The notes: a model not told the origin generated them from the letters alone. Shown: positions 27,051-39,909, numbered from the stretch's first letter. The stretch is DNA of 64,000 bases from Callorhinchus milii (GCF_018977255.1 NW_024704742.1:9798001-9862000), one strand, 5' to 3'. A program made the numbers and translations.

Positions 27051-28039
27051 CACCTCAGGATGATGGAGTCCAAGTGAGTTAGCTCGGCCTTGTTTCATCT
27101 GCATAGTCAGCTTGGTCCTATCACCATGACTTCAAGGTGTTATATACACAAATTGCCATTGGAGTTGGTGGTGGGGGGTGGATTTACGATACTAAATAAT
27201 GGTGGAGAACTCTTGGAAAAAGCCAAGAGCAAAGTCACTTAGTTTTCATGCCATCCACTACTGTTGGTTCGATAAAATAGTCCCCACACATTTTAAAGAA
27301 AGTTCCCATGAGCGTTTTCATGCCATTACAATATTCATTGTGAAATGCTTTGAGACAACCTCCCAAAATGAAAGGCGCTAGGTAAATGTAAAACTGGTTA
27401 TTGTTGTTCTTATAATGTCCACTCACACATGGAAATGCCATTGAAAATAAAACAAAGACTGCCTTACTGTGAAGTACAGCCATATTTATGCTTTATATTT
27501 CTAGTTATCTTTGGGCATTCTCTCTGAAACATTTCACAAGCTTATAAATCAAGTGCAACAGAAAATGTGATTACGATTAACATTGTGCCACAGCAATGAG
27601 GATAATAGTCTCCATAAATCACGGCCCCAACCAATAACAGATTATGTGCATTGCGTGGTGCAATGCATATATAATACTGTAGTTGGTTAGCTTTGAGCGA
27701 GTTATTAACAGAATGAAGATTCCTCTTCCTTTTGCTCACTCACCTTTTATGTTTAAAAGTTGATCCTTCTGGAGAGACTGGCAGAAGTGTGAACCACCCA
27801 CAAAATACTCGGTCAAACCCGTTCATAGTATATCCTGTGAAGCGCTTTGAGACATCTTGATGACATGACAAGGCACTAGATTAAAATCCAAGATTATTAT
27901 TATAATAATAATAGTTTCTCTCCAGGTCCTGGCCAATAAGTCCCCAATAAAATTAGTCAAGACTGTTTCTGGGGCATTGCTGTGCTCAAATTGCTGCTTG
28001 TTTGCTTAGATTACAATCAGGACACAATAAATTATCATT

Positions 28040-28225
28040 AAATCATAGAATTACACAGCACACAAGGAGGCCATTTGGCCCATCGTGTCTGTGCCGGCTC
28101 TTTGAAAAGAGCTTCCAATTCAATCCCACTCCCCCGCTCTCTCCCCATTAGCCCTGCAAACCTGTCCTCCCCAAATTATTATCTACTTCTCTCTTAAAAG
28201 TTGTTATTGAATTGGATTCCACCAG
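28040..28225 (-). mobile_element. CR1 3' end fragment
   Basis: Reverse complement of gagccggcacagacacgatgggccaaatggcctcc. Confidence 0.8.
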
Positions 28226-28669
28226 CCTGTTGGACACCCTTAATGTAATGCACTTTGAGACAGCCTGCTGTGCATTAGATTAAATTACAGTGGAATCCGC
28301 TTTAGCCAAGCGCCGCATAACCCCGGACTCGGGTAATTTGAACAAAACGCCCGGCCCCGATTCATTTATATTTTTAGCTGTTTTGAAAATGCCGGTTGAT
28401 TCGGACAAAAATACGGTCATTCCGGGCAAAATGCCACACTGGTCATCGCTGATTGCACTCACTGGGGCCTCTGTATGTCCACTCAACCACGAAGGGCTAT
28501 GGGATGTCGTCTAAGATTGATTGACATGGGACTCCAGCCATTCACAAGTTGCTGCAGACTGTCAATCAGTGAGGGGGGGTGGGGGGGGGAGCAACGGGGA
28601 AGAACAGCGGAGGGAAATCATGATTGATTGGCAGCTGAGCCTCTTATGATTGGGTGGATGGAGTGCTCA

Positions 28670-29165
28670 ACAACAACTCACACTTATATAGCACCCTCCA
28701 TGCAGGGTGGCATTTCAAGAGCTCTTAACAGTGACGGAGTCTGACTCCGGGTGGCCTTAAGCACAGTCACAGAGGAAGGTTTTCAGGCGGGACTTGAAAA
28801 GGGGGAGAGGGGGCAAGGCGAAGGGATTGAGGGACGGTGTTCCAGAGCTTTGGGGTAGTGGCTGAAAGTGCGACCTCTGATGGTGGGATGGAAGGTGCGA
28901 GGAATGAGCAGGAGGCGCCGGGTGGTGGATTGGGGAGTGAGGAGGTCGGAGAGGGAGGGAGGTGTCAGAGAGTGAATGGATTTGAACACGAGAGTGAGGA
29001 TCTTGAAGTCGATCTGTTTGGTGATGGGGAGCCAGTGGAGTCTGGGCCAGAACTGGTGAGATGTGGATACGGAGTTTGGTCCAGGTCAGTATGTGGGCGG
29101 CAGAGCTCTGAATGACCTGGATCTTGTGAATGGTTGAGCTGGGGAGACCGGCACAGAGTGCGTTT
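28670..29165 (-). mobile_element. L2 LINE 3' fragment
   Basis: SNALCAGLP..KIQVIQSSAAHIL..HISPVLA..FKSRLKTFL; flanked by gagtgctca direct repeat. Confidence 0.85.
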
Positions 29166-29202
29166 GAGTGCTCATCCAATCACAAGCAGCTCCAGACTAT
29201 CA

Positions 29203-29417
29203 ATAATAATAATAATAATAATCCTTGCATTTGATATAGCGCTTTTCACGTCAGGAGGACGTCCCAAAGCGCTTCACAGAACATACTGTAAAGTGAATTG
29301 ACTGTATATTTGTGGGCGAACGCGGCAGCCAATTGCGCACAGCAATGTCCCACAAACAGTCGTAGATTGAAAATGACCAATTTAATTATTGTTTTTTGGT
29401 TTTTTGGAGGGATTATT
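29203..29417 (-). mobile_element. Young SINE, 5'-truncated
   Basis: Core and tail near-identical to young copies. Confidence 0.85.
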
Positions 29418-29924
29418 CACTTCAGGCCGTCACTAATCAGTCCCCTTCCCGTCCAATGGGAACAGCAATTGCAGGGAGGCGGTGCCCCTCCTCTGCCGGG
29501 CGGGAAGGTATTTTGGAGCTAAACCAAATATATTTTACTGAATTCTCTTGAGGGTATTAAGTTTAACTCCAAGATGAAAATACTTGGTGTCCTGTTTGGT
29601 TAGTGAGCATTGCCTCAAGTGAATCAACATTATTATATATTAGTATACGGCACCGCGTGGCTCCTCGGCTGGGTGGGAATGGTATTTTGGCTAACCTCGG
29701 ACGCCTCTTAAGACGGAAAAAACCTCCGTCCGTCCCCGATTTGTCTGGCTTAACAAGCTTCCACTGCATTATTTAATAACACTTCTCAATAAGGCTTTCA
29801 ACCTGAGCTGAAAACAGCAACCCTGGAGCCGTTGATTGTGTTAATTTTAAAAAGCTGGCTGAATCTCTCGCTAGCAATGGGTTCAATGCGGTAAAGTACG
29901 GATAAAATACCTTTTATTGGTTGC

Positions 29925-30162
29925 AAAAAGATTTTCACACAGTGAGTTGTTCAGATCTGGAATGCATTGCCTGAAATGGTGATGGAAGCCGATTTGATAA
30001 CAACTTTTAAGAGAGAATAATTATTTGGGGAGGGCAAGTTTGCAGGGCTATGGGGAGAGAGCGGGGGAGTGGGATTGATTTGGAAGCTCGTTTCAAAGAG
30101 CCGGCACAGACACATTGGGCTAAATAGCCGCCTTCTGTGCTGTATAATTCAATGATTCTATG
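29925..30162 (+). mobile_element. CR1 3' fragment
   Basis: ggaatgcattgcctgaa..gagccggcacagacac..gattctatga. Confidence 0.82.
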
Positions 30163-30974
30163 AAACCACTCCATTGGTAAGTCGCTGGTTGAGAGGTAAG
30201 CCAGGAAGTCTTAAAATGTACCTCTCTGCAGCCACAAAGGAAAAAGGCTTAAGCAACAGAATGTGCTGGAGACAGGCACCCAGTGGATCCAATGCTTTTG
30301 AGAGCTGGGGATCGTGTGGTATCTACACGGTGTCCACCAAACACTCTTATCCCCCATGTTACCCAACAGCCATATGGGATCATGGAGGAGCTGAAACAAG
30401 CTGTCAGAGACACATCTTGCCTCCTTACTCCATCCATATTACGGAATATGTGGCACTGAATATGGAGACAGATCATTATCTGCTGTGAAAATGATGGCAA
30501 TCACTCGCTCACACTGATTCTCTGGACATCTAAATACAGTTAAACGCTTGTGCTGAATGTAATGAAGTGCCTCTAAATACAATTATCATCATTCTTCCTC
30601 GTGTTTCAGATGTTGGTTAGTGCACTGTAAGGGTGGTGGGGGTGGGTGGGTAGGACTTTGGACACCTTGTAGAACTGGTACCCACAAGTCAAAGTGTTGT
30701 GGTAAAATGTTAGTCTTGAAACACAGCAGTCCTCTGGCTTGTATTTCAGTATCTGTACAGCTGACTCCAAGCTCACAGCTGCTCAAAGAAGCCTTAAGAG
30801 TTCCTGTGGAATTTGTGGTTAACTCAACAACTTTAATAGTGCTTTTCTGTTCCTATTTTTAGAAGTTTGGTATTATGCGTGTACTTTTCAAAATAATAAT
30901 AAATCCAATTTTGGCCAAGGCTGCACCGAGCGAGCAATTAAAACACATTCTCTTTGTAAACAAAAGTCAGGAAT

Positions 30975-32874
30975 CAATACACCATCCATTAAATTTATTG
31001 ATGTGAGCTTTTACCTTTAGCGACGAGGGCAGCATGCAGAATGGGGACATGTACAGCAGGAGCTGACTTCACTGCACGCTCATGTACAGCAAATCTATCA
31101 CACACAGAAAAGAATCCACACTGGCCTATTGAACTGGGTGGAGATGCAACAAGGAAAGCCAATAAATATCGTAATAACACAAAAAAGGATTACAATCTGG
31201 CACGGGGGAGAGAGAGAGAGAGAGAATCACCTATATGCACCTGAAGAATGCACTACTTAGCAGATAGCACTTTTCACTATAAACTTTATTACAGTCTTTT
31301 ATTGTCGACAAATGCAGATGGCATCCCAGACTTTCTGCAGATCGAGAGCGGTGGGATTGCTATCTCGGGGGGAGAGATGAGGGTTTTGTGTACCTATACT
31401 GTGCTCTCGATTCGGGTTCAGGCCCCTACTTGACTGGCAATGGCAAGTGTCACAGCCTCGCTGCAACATATAACTAAATAGCAGCAGTGATCCTGGAGTA
31501 CAATCCAAACCCTTGTTTTCCTTGAGGAAAAACAAAGCCAAAACAAAATTTCTATTGCATCAGGTGTAACGCTCCTCCAACACTGTGTCTTTAACTCTTG
31601 TTACAAATGACACAACTTGCCTCAAGCATAAGTGTCTTATATTTTTAAAAAAATGGAAGACAGACAAACACACAACAGTCTTACAAGTAATATTTAAAAA
31701 AAACAGGTGGTCAAGCTGTGTGTATTTTTTCTTAAAGTGCACTATAAATACTAAACTTTACAGGTACAATCCAAGATCCCAAATGGTATCTTCTATATAT
31801 TTGTTATAATCTTGTAAAAGGAAACATCATATACAGGTAACAAGGTTGTTTGGCATTTACAGTAAGCTTAAAATGGAGCCACATGATCATTCAAAAAAAA
31901 GTTTCAATATTTTCCTTTCATTGCTGTACAGACGACAGGTATGGCTCAGTAGCAGCTACACACTTCAGGAGGAGGAAGGAGAGCCAAATGCTAACTATAA
32001 GCTATCACTACTGATAAAATACTGGCTGGCCGAGGGGGAGGGGTGTAAATTCACAACAAACAGAGGCACCTTCAATTGGAGGTCACTTATAGATGCAATA
32101 ACTCGTGGAAAACACTGAAATGCAACGTACCATTCAGAGATTCCAGCCAGAACTACTGTCAGTCAGCAAGTGGAGGAGAGAGAAATTTGGTGATGGGTCT
32201 GACTTCAGGCACAACAAAAGAGAGAGAGAACTTGAGCAGTAAACTCTTAACAACAATATTTTGTTGGCCTCAAGAAAGCTGTACTATACGAAGGACCAAG
32301 TACTTGTATTTATTTATTTATTTTTAAAAATCTCATCCACATAAAACATTTACATTACTCGACTCAACTCGCCTCTCTTTGTGAATGTTGGGTTTGAAAT
32401 AATTTAAACAATTAAAAGTTCAGCAGCTATGTCACTTAACTATTTCGTACACAACCACTTAAAACACAGAAAGGCATCCACTGACGATTTTGCTTCATAT
32501 AATAAGAGCTAACATGCGTCCTTTTGAAAGGCTCGTGCCTCTTAAAAGTGGGTACCTTGTGTAAACCTGACGCTTCATCATGTCGGACTAGGCAGGCCAA
32601 CAAATATAGGAGTCTGTCTCTTTAAGGCAATATTCAAAATAAAAAAAAATTAGATCTACAAAACGGTTGCATTGAAAAACAAAATCCAAAATAATAAAAA
32701 AAGCTACAGGAGTGTCTGCAAATTAAAAAGAACTCTCAGTCGTGTTCTCACAAGTACAATTACCGACAGTTGACATCTAAATAATATTCTACACCAAAAA
32801 AAAAATCAAGTCACAGATTGCGTCACTTGGCTGTGTTGTGTGAGGGAGCTAGGCTGATTCTTCCTGCTGAGGAG
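30975..32874 (-). other. PSD3: Putative PSD3 3'UTR
   Basis: Follows the stop codon; AU-rich and free of the SINE/LINE fragments that saturate the flanks; end inferred from AATAAA. Confidence 0.6.
30994..30999 (-). terminator. Candidate polyadenylation signal AATAAA (alternatives at 31285-31290, 31298-31303, 32313-32322)
   Basis: TTTATT on + strand; followed on the minus strand by a U/GU-rich tract (gacttttgtttac...gaatgtgtttt). Confidence 0.45.
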
Positions 32875-33090
32875 CTAAGTCTTCTGCTTGCTGTTGTTGG
32901 CCGATTCCGGTCTGTAGTCTTTCCTCTCCGAGATGTTACGTTTGATTTTAGTGTTCACGGGCACCGACTCCTGGTTGAGCGAGGGGCTGGAATGTGACTT
33001 CCTCATGCCGTTGCCATCGCTCTCTATCCCCTGGAGAGGATTCTCGCCAGATTCCTCCAGCATCTTGTAATAGGTCTCATACCGGGTTTT
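32875..33090 (-). CDS. PSD3: PSD3 terminal coding exon
   Basis: gctgacctgtccttacag|KTRYETYYKMLEESGENPLQGIESDGNGMRKSHSSPSLNQESVPVNTKIKRNISERKDYRPESANNSKQKT*; KSHSSPSLN and KRNiSERKD motifs as in the PSD3 C-terminus; TAG at 32875-32877. Confidence 0.93.
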   Translation of the reverse strand, partial: KTRYETYYKMLEESGENPLQGIESDGNGMRKSHSSPSLNQESVPVNTKIKRNISERKDYRPESANNSKQKT

Positions 33091-33124
33091 CTGTAAGGAC
33101 AGGTCAGCGTGTTAAATACCATAC

Positions 33125-33490
33125 AGAATTACAGTTGTATAGCGCCTTTCAAGTCGGGAGGACGTCCCAAGGTGGTGGACAGTCAGGGGTTAGGCCCCGA
33201 GCTGGGGGTTGGGATCGGGGAGGGTGGAGGGCAGGGAGAGAAGGAGGGTAGCCAAAGGCATGGTGGTGGAAGAGACTTGTTTTGAAGAAGGCAAGGGAGG
33301 GAACGAGGTGAAGGGACTGTGGGATGGAGTTCCAAAGGGTGGAGGTAGAGAGGCTGATGGCCTGACCGCCAATGGTGGGGTGGGGCCGGGCGGGGGACAC
33401 AGAGCAGGCTAAGTGGAGGGAGCGGACAGGTTGATATGGGGTCGCAGAGATAGGAATGGAGGAAAGCCGTGGAGGGCTTTGAAGGCTAGA
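33125..33490 (-). mobile_element. L2 LINE 3' fragment ending ~35 nt upstream of the last PSD3 acceptor
   Basis: TIGGQAISLSTSTLWNSIPQSL; L2 tail. Confidence 0.8.
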
Positions 33491-34434
33491 AGTACATGAA
33501 CAACAATGAGTCTAACCTGGAATCTAAATAAGGACCATAAAATGTGGAATATGAATTACTCATTAAAAACAACTTAAACCCATTCTCCACTCCCACAATG
33601 CCTCATCCTGCCCGCCCGCCCGCAAGACATCAATCTCAAACCAATGCTGACACCTACCAGTCAATGGAATCAGGGCTTTGGATGTCAAAGAATCCGCAAC
33701 ACTATTTGAAAAAAGAAGTGAGTTTCTCCCAGGGTCAGTGCCAACAATCCCCCAGATAAATATATCATGACTGTTTAATGGACCATGCTGTGCACAAATT
33801 TAGTAGCACATTTGCATAAAATACACAGTCACGACACTTAGAATCATAGAATGACTTGACACCAATTCCCCCTGAAGTAGTTGAGATATTCAACATTATT
33901 GCAAGGATTATGCAAGTATCATTAAATCTTGTCTGAGAGCCCCATATTTTTCTGCACAACTTCATATAAATGGAGGTGTGTCAGTTATTAGAACATGTTC
34001 CATGCAGGTTGCTGAAACTGCAATCTTTATGAGGCAATGAGTCAAAGTTTCAGATATAAAACTGGATTATTCCCACATGTATAGCTCTTTTCTGCACAAG
34101 CTCCAGCCCATCCAGAAATCTGCAGCCTCTTACATCACGCCCCGCGAGCCCATCATCCCCAACCTCACTCGGCTCCCCTTGTGGCAATTCTTCAACGGAT
34201 TGCTGGTCACTCAGTCACTCACTCACACACTGGTCATTTACTAATTCGCTGGCCAGTCTACATTGCACATCACGTTCTAGAATAAGACTGGACAGTATCT
34301 AGCCAGACTAAAGTCAATAGAAGAGGGTTCAAGGGGATGTGTTGAATTAAACAAATGATCATGATCCCATCTCAATAACGAAAGGTCACTGGGCTCTGTT
34401 GCCTGACAGGGTTCATATATTTTGATAATAATAA

Positions 34435-34850
34435 TAAATAATAATAAGATTTGCTTTCACGTCAGGAGGATGTGCCAAAGTATATCATAAGATATATTGT
34501 ACAGTGCAGTCACGGTGCATTTTGTGGGCAATCACGGCAGGCAATTTGCAATGTCCCACAAACATCCATGAAGTGAATGACCAATTTTATTAGGGGATCG
34601 TTGGCCAGGACATCAAGAGAAACTCTTTTCTCCTTTTGAGTAATGCCATGGGATCTTTAATGTCCACCTGAACAGTCAGACGGAACATTGGTTTAATGTC
34701 TCATATGAAGGATGGCACCGCCAATGATGCAGCACAGTCTTAGCCCTGCATTGCTTGGATGCTTAGACTATATGAGTTCCAAGTACCAACATGGGGCCTG
34801 AATTGACAATCTTCTGACTCAGAGGTGAGAGTGCTACCAACTGAGGCAAG
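34435..34850 (-). mobile_element. Older Deu-type SINE
   Basis: ctcagttggtagcactctcacctctgagtcagaag head and Deu-like body. Confidence 0.75.
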
Positions 34851-34911
34851 CTGGCACACAGGAAAAGCAAGATTCTGCTGCCCATCAATATACTTATCAG
34901 CACAAGGAAAT

Positions 34912-35222
34912 ATAATAATAATAATCTTTGCATTTGATATAGCACTTTTCACGGCTTCTCGACGTCTCAAAGTGCTTCACAAAATAGACTGTCAAGTGAA
35001 TTGACCGTATATTTGTGGGTGAAACGTGGCAGCCAATTGCGCACAGCAGTGTCCCACAAACAGTTGTGGATTGAAAATTACTAATTTATTATTGTTTTGT
35101 TTTGGAGGGATTATTATTAGGTGTGTGGAGTAAGGAAACTTGCCCAAAGTTTCGTCCTGCCTGGAATTGAACCCAGGTGTCTCGTTTGCAAGGCGAGTGC
35201 TCTAGGCACTGAGCTACAGCAC
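34912..35222 (-). mobile_element. tRNA-derived SINE (short form)
   Basis: Full length on minus strand. Confidence 0.88.
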
Positions 35223-35275
35223 CTGTTAACCCACACAACAAGTAAATGCATTTGATCACTGAGATGAACCATCTA

Positions 35276-35597
35276 TGGAGTCCTGTAGCTCAGTGGTTAG
35301 AGCACTCGCTTTGCAAGTGAGAGACCTGAGTTCAATTCCAGGCAGAGGGCGAAACCTTGGGCAAGTTTCCTTACTCCACACAGAGCCTAATAATAATCCC
35401 TCCAAATCCCCAAACAATAATAAATTGGTCATTTTCAATCCACGACTGTTTGTGGGACATTGCTGTGCGCAATTGGCTGCCGCGATCCCACAAATATACG
35501 GTCAATTCACTTTACAGTATGTTCTGTGAAGCGCTTTGGGACGTCCTCCCGACGTGAAAAGCGCTATATCAAATGCAAGGATTATTATTATTATTAT
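35276..35597 (+). mobile_element. tRNA-derived SINE (young short form)
   Basis: Full length; head-to-head with the 34912 copy. Confidence 0.9.
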
Positions 35598-36404
35598 TCA
35601 ACCTTACAGCACACTTACATACACTTGGTGGAAACAGTCATTGATTTCAATGATACTGCTCACCTCTCAATAGGGCACCCTGTGTGTTTGGCAACTCATT
35701 CATCAAGTCCATCAATACCTCAATTATCCTTGGACTAAATCCAGGACTTGTTAAATCAATGACAATAATTACTGACTCCGCTGATTATTCACCCCAGTGA
35801 TAATTGACATGATCAGCTTCCAGGACCCTTGCAGTGGGAGGTCTCTTGACTAGATGTGCAAGAGTGGCTTCGGAAAAAGACAACAATGTAATTAATCAAG
35901 CTGTGATAATATGGCTGGAGGCGAAAAGCAAACAATGCTATCAATTTTTTTGTCAATATTCTCTCCTCCTGGTCCTCGGGAGGCTCAGACCTTGATGAGG
36001 TGCTTTTCCACGGTTCATGTTTTGTCTGCTGCCTTGCTCAAGTTGCCTAACAAGGAAAGGCTGAGGCGCTTAGTCGACAAATGCTAGAAGAAATTACCTT
36101 GAGCATGAGTTCCTGCTGGATGCTGTATATCCAGAATTTTGGGGCTGCACTGGTTGGCTTGCTGACTGCTAAACCACTACTGCTGACGCTTTGTATCTCC
36201 AAAGAGATGTGGCTGTAGAATGCTAGCCGAGCACTTGTAAATGCACGGTCAATCCACTTTACAGGGGAGTGACTGTATTTTGTGAGCGAATCGCGGCAGC
36301 CAGTTGAGGACAGCAACGTCCCACAAACAGCCATGGAGTGAATGACCAATTCTATTTGGCGGATTGTTGGGAGAATCTCCCTCTCTTTTTGAATGCATTT
36401 ATTA

Positions 36405-36720
36405 ACAACAACTTGTATTTACACAGAAGGGTATTGGCCCAGAGCGCTCGACAGTGGCAGAGCACGACACCGAGCCAGGGGGAGGGGGACGTGATGGTAG
36501 GCACGGTCGAATAGGAAGATCTTTAGGCAGATGGGTAAGGAAGGGGCAAGGTGGAGCGATAGAGGAAGAGTGTTCCAGACTTTCGGGGTGTAATGACTGA
36601 AATCGCGGCCAATGGTGGAACGGAGGGCACGAGGGACATGCAGAAGGCCGAAGCCAGTCGAGCAGAGACAGCGGTTTGTGGTTTTGGGGGTAAGCAGGTT
36701 GGAGAGGTAGGGAGGCAAAG
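36405..36720 (-). mobile_element. L2 LINE 3' fragment
   Basis: PPYLSNLL..STIGRDFSHYTPKVWNTLP. Confidence 0.8.
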
Positions 36721-37989
36721 CTAACTCACTCTCTGCAAAGGTGTTGCATGGTCTGCTCCTGTTCTTGCATTTTTATCCGATACTGAGCTAGTTACTATCC
36801 AAGACACTGTTGAGGATTGAACAGTCTGCCTGGCACATTAATGAATGGGACTTGGAGAAATAGATAGTTACAAAGAAATAGCATCCCTCCTTCCTTCCCT
36901 CCCTCCCTCCCTCCCTCCCGCTTTGTTCCTGATAACCCTACAAGCCGATGTCCTAATAGGTAAAATGGAACAATACCTTGTACATGCCATCCTGAACCCT
37001 TAAAATAACTTCTGCAGGCCAATCATTCCAGGCTCAACGAAAGGTCTCACCCAAACAATAACCCGATATATACTTTGAATTTTTAAAAGAAAATTATAGA
37101 ATTATAATAATAATCCTTGCATTTGATATAGTGCCTTGTGGGGAAATCTAGTGCCATCCTGGCTGTCACACTTCAATCACAAAATACACAATCAACCCAC
37201 TGTATTTTGTGGGCGAAATACAGCAGTCAGTTGCGCACAGTGATGTCCCACAAACAGCTATGGTGCGACCAATTTTATTTGGGGAATTATTGACCTGGAC
37301 CTGGAATAAACTCCCTGCTCTTTTCGAACAGTGCCATGGGATCTTGAACATCCACCTGAATAGGCAGACGAACGTAGCTCAGTTTAACATCTCACCTAAA
37401 GGACATGTGACCAAAAATATTTAATAAAAGTAATAACCAAAGTTTGTGATGGTGGTGGTTGTAGTTGGGGGAAGGGTAAGGAGAAGAGCTCATATCTTTG
37501 GAATTTTATATTGTGCTTCAGGATAACTGGGGTTAACCCAGGACCATTGCAGATGGATTACAAGTGGGCTAGGTCAGGGGGAGGAGAGAGTAGAATCATG
37601 AAGACAGTGATGGAAAGCTGAGAAGTGTTAAAAAATAATAATTTGGTCACTCAATCCATGACTGTTTGTGGGACACTGCTGTGCGCAATTGGCTGCTGCG
37701 TTTCGCCCACAAAATATACAGTCAATTCACTTTACAGTATATTCTGTGAAGCGCTTTGAGACGTCTCAAAGACATGATAAGGCGCTATATCAAATGCAAG
37801 GGATTATTATTATTATTAAGTGATCCATTCAATATAGTTGTTTTTAAAATGAGCTGAGTAATTACTTTCGCTGAGTTATTTTGGTCATTAGAAATTACTA
37901 TTTCAAATCCAAACACTGGGATCAATCCTAGCACAGATTGTAATTAGTACCAGGCCCAAGGCACAGAGCATTGTTGGGAGAGCTTCAAG

Positions 37990-38450
37990 AATAGTAGAAC
38001 CAGAGAACACAGCCTGTGATTGAAGGGGGGTAAATTCAGAACAAATCTACGCAAACACTATTTCAGTGAGCAAATAGTGAACCTGTGGAACAGGCTCCCT
38101 AGGGAGACAGTTGAAGCAGGAAGTGCTGATTCTTTCAAACACAAATTAGATAGTTTTCTTTTAATAATTAATATTATCATAGAATCACAGAATTTACATG
38201 ACAGAAGGAGGCCATTCAGCCCATTGTGTCTGTGTTGGCTCTTTGAAAAGAGATACCCAAATCAATCCCACTCGCCCACTCTCTCCCATAGCCCTACAAA
38301 CGTCAAACTTGTCCTCCCCAAATAACTATCTAATGGGATATAATACATAGGTAGTTCGGGACATATGTGTATGCGACTGCCAGTAAGGTGGAAGGTGAAC
38401 TAGATGGAGCTTGTTCTTTTTTCGTCCAGCATTTCGCATATATTCTTATG
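37990..38450 (+). mobile_element. CR1-like 3' fragment with an antisense CR1 tail (~38178-38330) inside
   Basis: KGGKFRTNLRKHYFSEQIVNLWNRLP..FKHKLD; inner reverse-complement CR1 tail. Confidence 0.65.
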
Positions 38451-39611
38451 TTCAAGGCACCGTTCCAGTGAAATCTCTCATCGTCTCGCATGGTTTGCAT
38501 AACTATGAGAGCTAAGTGAGAACATTAGGCACTGGGGTCTTGCTAGAATCAGATTCAATCGAATTGCTAATATCATATCAACCCCATTGGGGGGTTTGGG
38601 TCATTTGGAGATGTGAAATGTGTGGAAAACCATCACCACGTTATAGAGTATTCAAATCAACCTATTGCAGCGAAAAATTTGCAGGGGTATTTGGAAAGAG
38701 TGGGGGAGTGGGACTGATTAGGCAGCTCTTCCAAAGAGCCAGAACAGATACGCTGTGCTGTAGCATTCTATGATTCTATGAACTACATTCCATTCCAGAC
38801 TCTTATTAAGATGAGTCACCCGCTGCGTACCAGTGCCTGACTGACTGACTGACTGACTGAGGGCTGCACTCTATTCACACTACATCCAAATCCACAAGTG
38901 AGTGAGGTCTGTAACTCCATCCACACGATATGTGAACCCACCTGTGAGTGAGGACGGTACTCCATTCATTCTACATCCGAACCCACCTTCTAATAAGGCG
39001 TGTTATAATTGCCTCACTCCGCATATTATACAACAGCAGCAGCCACAGTTTGCAATGCAAATCAGTCGAATACATATTGAGCAAGAAAGAAAACTACTGT
39101 GAAGCTTTGAAGCTGTGAAAACCTCTAAAGCTTTGAAGCCTTGAAAAATGTCTAAAGCTAGACGTTTAGAAAATCTATATGAAAGCAAAGGAAAAACCAT
39201 GACTTTTTTGCAGCGGATAAAAGGGTGAAAGAAACAAAATTAAAGAAACACATCTATTGTGCACAGATCCCAATGTGAGAAGTGTTGCTGTTTTATAGTG
39301 AGTCACTATTCCTTTCTGTAAAATTTATAACTTCTCTCTCTCTGTGCATATCTATATTAAAGGTCTTTGCCAACTCTCACCTAATCAGTATAAATCGATG
39401 AGACATAGTCCCTTCCTGGAGACTCCAGGCACCTTCACAAAGTCACACTCTGAACCCCATGGACACGAGTGGCAATTTTTTTCTCCCAAAGGGTAATTAA
39501 CAACTGGAACTGGTTGAATTCAATTAATAAACAGCTTGATGCTCTGATGGGAAGCAGTAGGATGGTGTTCTCTCAACATCAAAGGTGGTATCCAAATGTA
39601 ATTTTGTATTG

Positions 39612-39909
39612 TAATAATAATCTTTGCATTTGATATATTGCTTTTCACATCTTTTAGACGTCTCAAAGCGCTTCAGAGAATATACTGTCAAGTGAATTGA
39701 CTGTATATTTGTGGGCGAAACGCGGCAGCCAATTGCACACAGCAGTGTCCCACAAACAGCTGTGGATTGAAGTGATCAATTTTTTTTCTTTAGAGATTAT
39801 TATCAGTCGTATGGAGTAAGGAAACTTGCCCAAGGTTTTGTCCTGCTGGGAATTGAACCCAGGTCTCTCGCTTGCAAGGCGAGCACTCTAACCACTGAGC
39901 TACAGGACT
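39612..39909 (-). mobile_element. tRNA-derived SINE (short form)
   Basis: Full length; head folds as near-complete cloverleaf. Confidence 0.88.

Larger units (their letters stand above)
28288..29766. mobile_element. Probable Tc1/mariner (Tigger/pogo-like) non-autonomous element interrupted by L2 and SINE
   Basis: TA|CAGTGGAATCCGCTTTAGCCA ... TGGCTTAACAAGCTTCCACTG|CA imperfect terminal inverted repeats; subterminal g(c/t)cccgat motifs. Confidence 0.5.

Noticed and set aside
32806..32877. Stop read-through extension of PSD3 (TAG C, then LLSRKNQPSSLTQHSQVTQSVT*)
   Set aside because: A 22-codon open stretch is expected by chance, and the strong TGA-CTAG context is absent
39839..39909. tRNA-like cloverleafs with anticodons TGC, CGC, CAC, TAC or CAT at many sites
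   Set aside because: All run directly into the SINE body; most anticodon variants fit CpG decay of an ancestral CGC (Ala), so these are SINE heads, not tRNA genes
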